This document shows, piece by piece, positions 9,015 to 17,475 of a stretch of DNA of 59,822 bases. Position numbers and translations under genes: made by a program. Below the pieces are notes generated by a model. It searched no databases. It saw only the letters and a program-made list of their open reading frames with translations, and was not told the DNA's origin. This DNA is from a bacterium (GTDB lineage Bacteria; Zhuqueibacterota; QNDG01; CAYUAG01). Where the stretch lies: the NCBI GenBank assembly GCA_046483025.1, contig JAWODZ010000110.1:1-59822 (forward strand). Reading direction: 5' to 3'. The first letter of the stretch is position 1; each line of letters opens with the position of its first letter.

Positions 9015-9928
9015 AAAATACTATCTATTACGCACAGGCAAAATTATTAATCAGAATTTTACCCCATATCGCCAAAGAAACAGTATTTGCTCTTAAGGGC
9101 GGAACTGCCATAAATTATTTTCTTTGGGATCTTCCCCGTTTATCTGTTGATGTAGACCTTACGTATCTGCCGATCAAATTACGTCGGGAATCTATTCAGG
9201 AAATCTCAGAAAGTTTAAACAGAATAATACAGGGAATTCAATATACAATCCCCAACGTTAAGGTTATACCAAAAATTGATAAAGAATCAAAGAAGAAAAT
9301 TGGCTGTATAGTCAATAGGAACAATATAACAGTTAAAATTGAGCCTAATGTAGTTATCCGGGGTTCAGTATTTCCAGCAGAAACAGTATCGATTAGCCGT
9401 GCTGCTGTCGATAATTTTGGGAGCACTGTCTCTGTATCACGGCTTTCTATACCGGATTTATTCGGAGGAAAAATGTGTGCTGCGTTGGATCGTCAGCATC
9501 CACGTGATTTATTTGATATTCACCTTTTGTTTAAAAAATTAGAATTTTCTGATGACATACGGAAGGCATTTGTTATTTATTTACTCAGTCATCCACGTCC
9601 TATGCTTGAATTACTGAATCCCAATTTTAAAGATATTAAAACTGTATTTGAGAATGAATTTGCAGGAATGAGCCGAATTTCAGTAACTCTGGATGATTTA
9701 CTCGAAGCACGTGAAGAGTTAGTCAGTCACTTAAAGCAAAGCTTGACAGAGAATGAAAAGCGTTTTATTCTTTCTATAAAAAGAGGCGAACCGGAGTGGT
9801 CACTCTCAGGATTAGAAGGAATTGACACTTTACCAGCGATTAGATGGAAAATCAAAAATATAAAAAACATGGATAAAAAGAAACATAAGCTGGCAGTTGA
9901 TAAGTTGGAGAAGTATTTAAAGTTATAA
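9011..9928 (+). CDS. AbiEii/AbiGii-family nucleotidyltransferase toxin
   Basis: Family-typical motifs ALKGGTAINYF and RLSVDVDLT. GTG start, translationally coupled to abiEi. Confidence 0.8.
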   Translation: MKNTIYYAQAKLLIRILPHIAKETVFALKGGTAINYFLWDLPRLSVDVDLTYLPIKLRRESIQEISESLNRIIQGIQYTIPNVKVIPKIDKESKKKIGCIVNRNNITVKIEPNVVIRGSVFPAETVSISRAAVDNFGSTVSVSRLSIPDLFGGKMCAALDRQHPRDLFDIHLLFKKLEFSDDIRKAFVIYLLSHPRPMLELLNPNFKDIKTVFENEFAGMSRISVTLDDLLEAREELVSHLKQSLTENEKRFILSIKRGEPEWSLSGLEGIDTLPAIRWKIKNIKNMDKKKHKLAVDKLEKYLKL

Positions 9929-9948
9929 ATTCTGGTTAGATGTAATCT

Positions 9949-9980
9949 CACCCTGACAGGATCGCAACCCTGTCAGGGTG
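9949..9980. other. perfect 12-bp GC-rich hairpin between convergent genes, possibly a bidirectional terminator or REP-like element
   Basis: CACCCTGACAGG-atcgcaac-CCTGTCAGGGTG. There is no U-tract on either strand. Confidence 0.4.
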
Positions 9981-10012
9981 GGTAACAGGTCTAAACCTTA
10001 ACCTATGCATTA

Positions 10013-11098
10013 CTACAAAGGCTTTGGAAACATAATCTCCCTGGCAGCATCATAGGCGTAGGAATCAGTCATACCGGCAATAAAATCCACCACACACCGT
10101 TCCGGATATTCTGATTTCTCATACAATTGTTTCCGTTTTAGAATAAATTTACCGAAATGTCTGGCAATATTTAAGGAGGTATTATGATAATAATTTTTAT
10201 CAAAACCACCTTTTTTAAAGTATCGTATCAAATTCAAAAAGAGTTGTTCCAAAAGACGAGTAATAATTTCATTATTTTTAATAATTGCCGGATTATTATA
10301 AATATATGTATAGTTAAATTCTTTTAGTTGTAGCATTAATTCATATTTTTTATCTGAAAAACTAATTTGATTGGTTCCCTGAGAGGTTTTAATGACATCC
10401 TTGACCAAGGTATCAATAATTTCACCATTTGTACTTCCCAGGTTTTTTCGAATAATTTTTGGCACATCATCAATAGTAATTAATCCAATAATAATAGCAT
10501 CTTCAATATCCCTGCCCAGATAAGCTATTTTATCAGAAAAACGAACCACACACCCCTCATAGGTAACCGAAGATTTTTGTCGACTGTCTATATTATCAAG
10601 ATTCCGATAGTGAGAATCGGGGGTTAAAGTTTGTCTGAAATCTTCTCCACAATGAGATACTATACCATCTCTGACTGCATAGGTTAAGTTCAGACCTTTT
10701 CCATCCCTGGTAATTTTATCAGCTACTTTCAAACTATGTATTTCGTGAACAAACCCCCCGATATCACCAGTAAAGCTGTCCAAGGCTTTTTCTCCAATAT
10801 GACCAAAAGGAGCATGGCCCAGATCATGTCCTAATGCTATCGCTTGGGCAAGTTCAATGTCAAGATCCAGTCCCTTGCAGATAGTACTGGCAATAGTAGA
10901 AACATGCAGCACATGTTCTATACGAGTACAAATATGATCATTCTGGGGAGAAAAAAAGACCTGAGTTTTATATTTTAAACGCCGGAAAGGTGTTGCATGA
11001 ATAATAGCAGTTTGATCACGAAAATAGTCTCCTCTGATATCTGGTTTTCGAACAATTTTTCTGGTATGATAGATTTTATCACTCAAAGGATTCTTCAA
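10013..11098 (-). CDS. dGTPase-like HD-domain deoxynucleoside triphosphate triphosphohydrolase (short Dgt subfamily)
   Basis: 361 aa with HD-superfamily motifs HVLHVSTIA and LGHDLGHAPFGH. The TTG start overlaps the upstream stop (TTGA). Confidence 0.8.
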   Translation of the reverse strand: MKNPLSDKIYHTRKIVRKPDIRGDYFRDQTAIIHATPFRRLKYKTQVFFSPQNDHICTRIEHVLHVSTIASTICKGLDLDIELAQAIALGHDLGHAPFGHIGEKALDSFTGDIGGFVHEIHSLKVADKITRDGKGLNLTYAVRDGIVSHCGEDFRQTLTPDSHYRNLDNIDSRQKSSVTYEGCVVRFSDKIAYLGRDIEDAIIIGLITIDDVPKIIRKNLGSTNGEIIDTLVKDVIKTSQGTNQISFSDKKYELMLQLKEFNYTYIYNNPAIIKNNEIITRLLEQLFLNLIRYFKKGGFDKNYYHNTSLNIARHFGKFILKRKQLYEKSEYPERCVVDFIAGMTDSYAYDAAREIMFPKPL

Positions 11099-12015
11099 TC
11101 TGTTTCCGTTATTTTTGGTTTTATTAATATCTCTATAATTGAATATTGAATATTCGCATTATATCCTTTGCCAGCAATATGATATTCAGCATGAGTGAGC
11201 TCTTCTGTATTGTACAGATACTGGTAAATGATATCTGCTTGCATATAGGTAGACATAGAAAGATACTGTTCATTGGCTTTCTGGTGCGAGTAAGCATTGA
11301 TTGATAGTATAGGCTGTGATAAGTGTTCAATTTTATCTGCTAGTGCAGATAAGCGTTTTCTACCCCATTCAGAAAGATATATTGTATTAGAACTGAAGAG
11401 TGAATCTGTTTTAAATACCATTCGTTTAACAGTATTCAAAGCTGCAACAGCATCAATATCTGCTCCAGTAGCCAGGTCAGAGGAATCAGTAGAAACTGTG
11501 TAATCATAGATGTCTCTGATCTTTACAAATTTATAAGAATATGATGTCTCTGGTTCAGAAATAAAATTAAATTTATAATTTGAATCAGGTGTTTTTTCAA
11601 GGGGGAGGTAAGTTTTGTTATCATGACTGATCCAAACATTTATCGGTTCATCATTTCCTACTTCGAATACCGCTAAATCAGCACCAGGTCCGTTAATGGG
11701 TATATTATCAGTAAATTTGAGAATCAAGGTGCCTCCATTACCGAGAGAAACAAATCCGATATCATTATCTGTAATACAATCTGGTGCTCCCAAAGCATTT
11801 TTTGGATTTTGATATTGTTTATGAGGTTCATCTCCAGTATTATCCCCCATGGCTCCGGGATCATAAAAAATAACAGAATCAGCAAATATAATATTTTCAA
11901 AAAAATCTTTGTTCTGATTTTGATATATTAATGTATTTTTTCCTTCCGGAATAGTCTGAGACACCAGTTTGAAGACTATTAATATAACAATGTTTATTGT
12001 ATAAACTATTCTCAT
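11095..12015 (-). CDS. exported hypothetical protein with a weak OmpA-like C-terminal region
   Basis: 306 aa with a signal-like N-terminus. The central block is ALGAPD...GFVSLGNGGTLILKF...GPGADLAVFEVG. The C-terminal pattern resembles OmpA_C but lacks the canonical peptidoglycan-binding residues. Confidence 0.5.
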   Translation of the reverse strand: MRIVYTINIVILIVFKLVSQTIPEGKNTLIYQNQNKDFFENIIFADSVIFYDPGAMGDNTGDEPHKQYQNPKNALGAPDCITDNDIGFVSLGNGGTLILKFTDNIPINGPGADLAVFEVGNDEPINVWISHDNKTYLPLEKTPDSNYKFNFISEPETSYSYKFVKIRDIYDYTVSTDSSDLATGADIDAVAALNTVKRMVFKTDSLFSSNTIYLSEWGRKRLSALADKIEHLSQPILSINAYSHQKANEQYLSMSTYMQADIIYQYLYNTEELTHAEYHIAGKGYNANIQYSIIEILIKPKITETD

Positions 12016-12194
12016 AAATTCATAATAATATATTTTTTAAATTGACTTGATTTAATATAAGTTAAAGTTTGAAAATGTCAAAATAATTTTTTTACGGAAG
12101 ATAAATATAATAAGAATTTTAATTGACAAGAAGGATACATTTTATTACCTTTAATTGTTACTATCAAATTAATTTATTAAACAGGTAATAAACG

Positions 12195-12764
12195 GTGAGA
12201 AATAAATTTTTGCCAAAAATAATCATCATGATATTTTTCTCTTTCTTATTCTTTCGAACATGTTATTCTAGTCCATATCAATCAAAGAAAAAAATTTTTA
12301 GACCTGGAATTTCTATAGGTGTGGGATTTCCTAAAATACCGATATCTCATTATCGTGCTCCGATTTCAGTATCCGGAGGGATTGTCACTTATGTAATAAT
12401 AACTAATAAAACAGCATTTCATATCAGTGGAAATGGATTATATACGTTTAATGTTGGTTCTGTTATAAAGAGTAAAAACAAATTAAGATTTAATCTGATC
12501 TGCAGTACTTTGTGTTTTGACTACAAATTGAAATTTTCTATGAATACTGAATCTTATCTCTCCTCAGGTATCGGCTATTACAATCTATTCCAGCAATTTG
12601 ATGATGATAAAGATAAGCTTAATACAGCCGGTTTTAACCTGGGAGTAACCACTAACACACTGGGTAAAAAAGTAATCACTCAATTTGATATAAGATGGCA
12701 TTTACTTTTTAACCCAGAGCCGAAGCCCCAGGTTTTAACGGTTAATATAGGTTTTTTATTGTAA
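12195..12764 (+). CDS. putative small outer-membrane beta-barrel protein
   Basis: 189 aa with a GTG start and a signal peptide. Alternating hydrophobic beta-strand pattern. No family recognised. Confidence 0.45.
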   Translation: MRNKFLPKIIIMIFFSFLFFRTCYSSPYQSKKKIFRPGISIGVGFPKIPISHYRAPISVSGGIVTYVIITNKTAFHISGNGLYTFNVGSVIKSKNKLRFNLICSTLCFDYKLKFSMNTESYLSSGIGYYNLFQQFDDDKDKLNTAGFNLGVTTNTLGKKVITQFDIRWHLLFNPEPKPQVLTVNIGFLL

Positions 12765-12767
12765 TTA

Positions 12768-13451
12768 ATGTCAAAAACAAAATTAAATATAAAAAAACGG
12801 TTAAAAAATTTTCGGAGAAAAATCACTTATTCTGAAACATTTTTAGATTTTATCTCATCCTTATCTGTTTTTGTGATAAAAATTCATCTAACAACTTTAA
12901 AAATAAATTTTTATGTACATCCGGAAATGAAAAATATCGATCGATCTAAGTCTATTTACAGTTTCTGGCATGGTCGGCTTTTTTTGTTGATGCCATATTT
13001 TAAAGATTGGGGGGTATGTATTTTAATAGATTTAAGTTGGTCAGGAGAAATAATCGCTCGTATATGCAGTAAATTAGGATATAAAGTTGTCAGAGGATCA
13101 AGTAAAAGAAAGGGGGTGAAAGGATTAATAAATTTAAAAAAGGCTTTTAATCAAGGATGGTCTGGCGGCATAGCAGTTGACGGGCCCAGGGGCCCTCGTC
13201 ATAAGTCAAAAGGTGGTAGTATTTTTTTATCAAATAAGTCACACTATCCGATTATACCTTTAACCTATTCTGCTGATCGTAAATGGGTTTTAAATACCTG
13301 GTGTCATTTTATGATACCCAAACCTTTCTCAAAATGTTTTATTTCTATGGGACCTCCTATCTGGGAAGCAATACATAATAACAGTTTTACTTCCCAGGAA
13401 CTTGATAAAGTTTTAATGAGAGTAACAGATTATTGTGATGATAAATTTTAA
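12768..13451 (+). CDS. DUF374-family lysophospholipid acyltransferase-like protein
   Basis: DUF374-type motifs WHGRLFLL, VVRGSSKRKG and AVDGPRGPRHKSKGG. Confidence 0.72.
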   Translation: MSKTKLNIKKRLKNFRRKITYSETFLDFISSLSVFVIKIHLTTLKINFYVHPEMKNIDRSKSIYSFWHGRLFLLMPYFKDWGVCILIDLSWSGEIIARICSKLGYKVVRGSSKRKGVKGLINLKKAFNQGWSGGIAVDGPRGPRHKSKGGSIFLSNKSHYPIIPLTYSADRKWVLNTWCHFMIPKPFSKCFISMGPPIWEAIHNNSFTSQELDKVLMRVTDYCDDKF

Positions 13452-13462
13452 AGAATTTTAAT

Positions 13463-14023
13463 ATGGGAACAAAGCTAAAAATAAGAACTCTGGATTCACG
13501 TATTCCTACTCCAGAATTTAAAAATATACCACGAGCTCCAATTACTGTAATATTGGATAATTTACGAAGTGCCTTTAATGTCGGTTCGATTATCCGTACT
13601 TCTGATTGTGCTCTGGTTAAAAAAGTTATTATGTGTGGAATTACTGCCCATCCGCCTCATAAAAAATTGCACAAGACTGCAGTAGGAACACTCGATTATG
13701 TTGATTGTGAATATGAACCATTTTTAATCGATGCTGTTAAAAAACAAAAACGACAGGGAATACCTGTTGTTGCACTTGAAACTACTAATAAAAGTAAAAT
13801 CATTTGGGATTTTAAATTCCCTTTTCCTGTTTCTATAATACTTGGTAATGAAGCTCTGGGGATATCAAGAAATATTTTAGAATGGGTTGATGATATTATT
13901 GAAATACCTATGTTAGGTTTAAAAAATTCCATAAATGTTGCAGTGGCTTATGGAATTGTGGTATCTGAAATACAAAGACAAAATTGGAAAATTTATCCGA
14001 GGAAAACATGTTTGACAAAATAA
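13463..14023 (+). CDS. SpoU/TrmH-family RNA 2'-O-methyltransferase
   Basis: SPOUT motifs SAFNVGSIIRTSD, LGNEALGIS and IPMLGLKNSINVAVAYGI. Confidence 0.85.
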   Translation: MGTKLKIRTLDSRIPTPEFKNIPRAPITVILDNLRSAFNVGSIIRTSDCALVKKVIMCGITAHPPHKKLHKTAVGTLDYVDCEYEPFLIDAVKKQKRQGIPVVALETTNKSKIIWDFKFPFPVSIILGNEALGISRNILEWVDDIIEIPMLGLKNSINVAVAYGIVVSEIQRQNWKIYPRKTCLTK

Positions 14024-14733
14024 TAAAAATATTTATAACGGTTTTAATATTTTTTTTGAGTTGTAAATGTAACCCAGATAAAACTAAATTCACTGAACAA
14101 CAAACAGGTGATAATTATATGACAAAAAGAATATCAATGATTGAATCTCAATTAAAAACTCGCGGTATTAAGGATGTATTGGTACTGAACGCTGTTGAGA
14201 AAGTTAAAAGGCATTTATTTGTTCCTCAAAAGTATCGTTCAGAAGCATATAATGATGAACCTTTACCCATAGGATACAATCAGACTATCTCTCAGCCATT
14301 TATTGTTGCGTATATGACGCAGGCTCTACATCTTGACGGAAAAGAGAAAGTCCTTGAAATCGGAACGGGATCTGGATATCAGGCAGCTGTTTTGGCAGAA
14401 ATTGGATGTGATGTCTATACGATTGAAATTATTGAAAAATTAAAAATCAGAGCTGAAAAAATTCTAAATAAATTGGGTTATAATAATATTCATTGTAGAT
14501 ATGGTGATGGATATAAAGGATGGCCTGAACAGGCACCGTTTGATGCTATTATCGTTACTGCCGCACCTCCGGAGATTCCAGAAAAACTGGTTAATCAATT
14601 AGCAGAAAATGGAAGGATGATTCTTCCAAAGGGAACAGTTTATCAAGAATTACTTTTAATATGTAAAATTGATGGTAAAATACACAAAGAAAAGTTGCTG
14701 CCAGTTAGATTTGTTCCAATGATAAAAAAATAA
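14008..14733 (+). CDS. pcm: protein-L-isoaspartate O-methyltransferase with lipoprotein-type signal peptide
   Basis: Pcm motifs NQTISQPFIVAYMTQAL and VLEIGTGSGYQAAVLAEI. ATG 14008 gives MFDKIIKIFITVLIFFLSC, which has an L-S-C lipobox. The ORF track's TTG 13984 would overlap the upstream gene by 40 nt. Confidence 0.82.
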   Translation: MFDKIIKIFITVLIFFLSCKCNPDKTKFTEQQTGDNYMTKRISMIESQLKTRGIKDVLVLNAVEKVKRHLFVPQKYRSEAYNDEPLPIGYNQTISQPFIVAYMTQALHLDGKEKVLEIGTGSGYQAAVLAEIGCDVYTIEIIEKLKIRAEKILNKLGYNNIHCRYGDGYKGWPEQAPFDAIIVTAAPPEIPEKLVNQLAENGRMILPKGTVYQELLLICKIDGKIHKEKLLPVRFVPMIKK

Positions 14734-14916
14734 TCAGTATTTACAGATGAAACAATATCATAATGAAATGGACATTTTCAGATTAGTATTAATTTATACA
14801 ATGATTTGAAATATAATTCTTAATTCTGAATAAAATAAGATTAATTTTAATAACCTTGTATTCGTATTTCTTTTAAATGAAGTTCTTATCATAATTGTTA
14901 GTAATATCAATAATAT

Positions 14917-14932
14917 TGGTATGAACTTTGCT
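14917..14932 (+). promoter_or_regulatory. sigma-54 (-24/-12) promoter candidate
   Basis: TGGTAT-gaact-TTGCT has the exact GG-N10-GC spacing. It lies 52 nt upstream of the hybrid kinase start. Confidence 0.55.
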
Positions 14933-14983
14933 AAATTTATAATGAATAATATTTTGCACTAAGACCGTAAAGGATAGATCAGT

Positions 14984-17452
14984 TTGTTCTTAAAAAAGAA
15001 AAATCAAAAAATTTTATCTTCAGATATAAAACAATCTTTGATTAATTGGGTAAGTGGAAAAGATATTTTTAGAATTTCTCTGGATCCTTGGGAAAGGATT
15101 AAAAATATTTTAGTGGAATTACAAAAAAGAAGTTTATCCGAACAGGCATTATTATTAAACTGGGACAAAAGAAAAGAGCAAAAAATCATTTCTACTGCTC
15201 CCATTAAATTAGGTCCAATAATTGACTCTCGACTTCAATTAAGCTTGCTAAAAAAAGGTTTCATGAAAAAAGATATACTTTTTTATGAAGATTTTTCCAT
15301 GGATAAACTTATTTCAGATCAGTTCAAAAATAATGATTGTTATTCATTAATTTTTAGTCCGGTTAATATTAAAAAAGATTATATTGATGTGTTACTACTG
15401 ATAAATTATTCCGGATGGACCAATAAATCAAAAATTACTGAGTTTATATCATTTATATCTTCTGTTCTTTCTTTTGCACTTCAAAATGCACGTTTATATG
15501 ATGAGCTAAAGAGCAAAAATGAAGAATTAAAAAAATTGACTTCAGATATGGAAGATAGAATTGACTCAGGAACTAAAAAGATTTTAGAAAAAAAAGCTCA
15601 GTACCACGATTTATTTGATAGTATTAATAGTGGAATAATAGTTCATGATATTGATGGAAATATTGTTGAAGTTAATAAAGCAGCATGTCAACTCTTTGGG
15701 GTGACAAAAAAGAAGTTATTGGACGAAAAAATCGATTTACTTACTGAGAATACTGTATATAATAAGCAACAGGCATATTTTACCCAGGTTATTAATAATA
15801 TTGATTATGTAAAACCTTTTGAAACTATCCTGAAAAAAAATGATAACACTACATTTTATGCAGAATTAAAAAGTAAATTAGTATCATTTCAAGGTCAGAA
15901 TGTTATTCAGACGTTTATTAATGACATCACCAGCAAAAAAGAATTAGAAAGTAACTTAAGAGAATCGCGGGAAAAATACAGAATTTTGATTGAATCCAGT
16001 ATTCTGGGTATCTATATCGTACAAAAAGGGTCAATAAAATTTTCCAATGAAATGTTTAGAACCATAAGTGGATATTCGAACAATGAACTTCATGATATTG
16101 AGTTTTTTGATTTAGTTGATGCAGAAGACAGAAGTAAAATTTTAAGCCATCATGAACGTTTGGAAAAAGGTATAAAAACAAATTTCAGAGATGAAATTCG
16201 TTTAATCAGAAAAGATAAAACAAGATGCTGGTGCGAATTACATATTTCAAATATTGTGATCAATCAAAAAAATGCGGTTTTTGGGTATATGATAGATATA
16301 TCTGATAGAAAAAATTTAGAATTACAGCTTCTTGAAACCCAGAAACTGAAATCACTTGGTACTTTAGCTGGAGGTATCGCGCATGATTTTAACAATCTTC
16401 TGGGAGGAATTTTAGGATATTCATCTTTACTGTTAAGTGATATTTCTGATGATCATCCCTTTTATGACGATATCCAGGCTATTGCTGAGACGGCGAAACG
16501 AGGTGCAGAACTAAGTAATAGAATACTTGCCTTTGCCCGGGGTGGAAAATATCAAGTAGCCAAAATTAATATTAATAATATAATCAATGATGTTGTAGCT
16601 ATTCTTTCTCATTCTCTTGATAAATCAGTAATAATTGAAACTAATCTGGAAAAAAATATTTGGACAGTGTATGGTGATTCACGACAAATTCATCAGGCTA
16701 TTCATAATATTTGTCTGAATGCCAGAGATGTTATGCCTGAGGGAGGGATATTAACTATAAACACAAAAAATATAACCATACATAAGGCTAATAAGGAAAA
16801 TATATCAAATTTAGAAAATGGAAAATATGTAAAGATAGTTATAAGAGATACCGGTTATGGAATGGATAAAAAAACAAAACTAAAGATTTTTGAGCCGTTT
16901 TTCACCACTAAACCTCAAGGGGAAGGTACTGGTTTGGGTATGTCTATGGTTTATGGAATTGTAAAAAATCATAATGGATATATCAATATTGAAAGTGGAG
17001 TAGGTAAAGGAACAAGTGTCATAATATTTTTACCCCATATAAAAGAAGAGGAATCAAAAAATAAAAAAATTGTGGATATGTCAAATTCAAAATCAATTTT
17101 ATTTGTGGATGATGAGGACATCATCCGTGAAGTTAGTGAGAAAATGCTTAATAGAGGAGGCTATAAGGTATTATTAGCAAAAAATGGAAAAGAAGCTATT
17201 GATATTTTTAAACAAAATCAAAAAAAAATCTCATTAGTTATAATTGATGTTATAATGCCTGTATTAGATGGAATGGAAACAAGTAAAATTCTCAGAGATA
17301 TTAACCCTGATATTGATATTATCTTTACAAGTGGGTATGGACCGGAGGATAGACCAGATTTATTACAACTAAATGGAGAATATTTTATTAAAAAACCATT
17401 TCAAACTGAGATGTTTATTGAAAAAGTTAACGAGATTCTTTCTAATAAATAA
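14984..17452 (+). CDS. hybrid sensor histidine kinase/response regulator (GAF-like N-terminus, 2 PAS, HisKA, HATPase, REC)
   Basis: 822 aa with a TTG start. H-box GGIAHDFNNLLGGILGY, G1 DTGYGM, G2 GTGLGMS, and a C-terminal receiver (ILFVDDED...VIIDVIMP...IKKPF). Confidence 0.85.
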   Translation: MFLKKKNQKILSSDIKQSLINWVSGKDIFRISLDPWERIKNILVELQKRSLSEQALLLNWDKRKEQKIISTAPIKLGPIIDSRLQLSLLKKGFMKKDILFYEDFSMDKLISDQFKNNDCYSLIFSPVNIKKDYIDVLLLINYSGWTNKSKITEFISFISSVLSFALQNARLYDELKSKNEELKKLTSDMEDRIDSGTKKILEKKAQYHDLFDSINSGIIVHDIDGNIVEVNKAACQLFGVTKKKLLDEKIDLLTENTVYNKQQAYFTQVINNIDYVKPFETILKKNDNTTFYAELKSKLVSFQGQNVIQTFINDITSKKELESNLRESREKYRILIESSILGIYIVQKGSIKFSNEMFRTISGYSNNELHDIEFFDLVDAEDRSKILSHHERLEKGIKTNFRDEIRLIRKDKTRCWCELHISNIVINQKNAVFGYMIDISDRKNLELQLLETQKLKSLGTLAGGIAHDFNNLLGGILGYSSLLLSDISDDHPFYDDIQAIAETAKRGAELSNRILAFARGGKYQVAKININNIINDVVAILSHSLDKSVIIETNLEKNIWTVYGDSRQIHQAIHNICLNARDVMPEGGILTINTKNITIHKANKENISNLENGKYVKIVIRDTGYGMDKKTKLKIFEPFFTTKPQGEGTGLGMSMVYGIVKNHNGYINIESGVGKGTSVIIFLPHIKEEESKNKKIVDMSNSKSILFVDDEDIIREVSEKMLNRGGYKVLLAKNGKEAIDIFKQNQKKISLVIIDVIMPVLDGMETSKILRDINPDIDIIFTSGYGPEDRPDLLQLNGEYFIKKPFQTEMFIEKVNEILSNK

Positions 17453-17475
17453 TTTTATATAAAAGTTAAATATAA

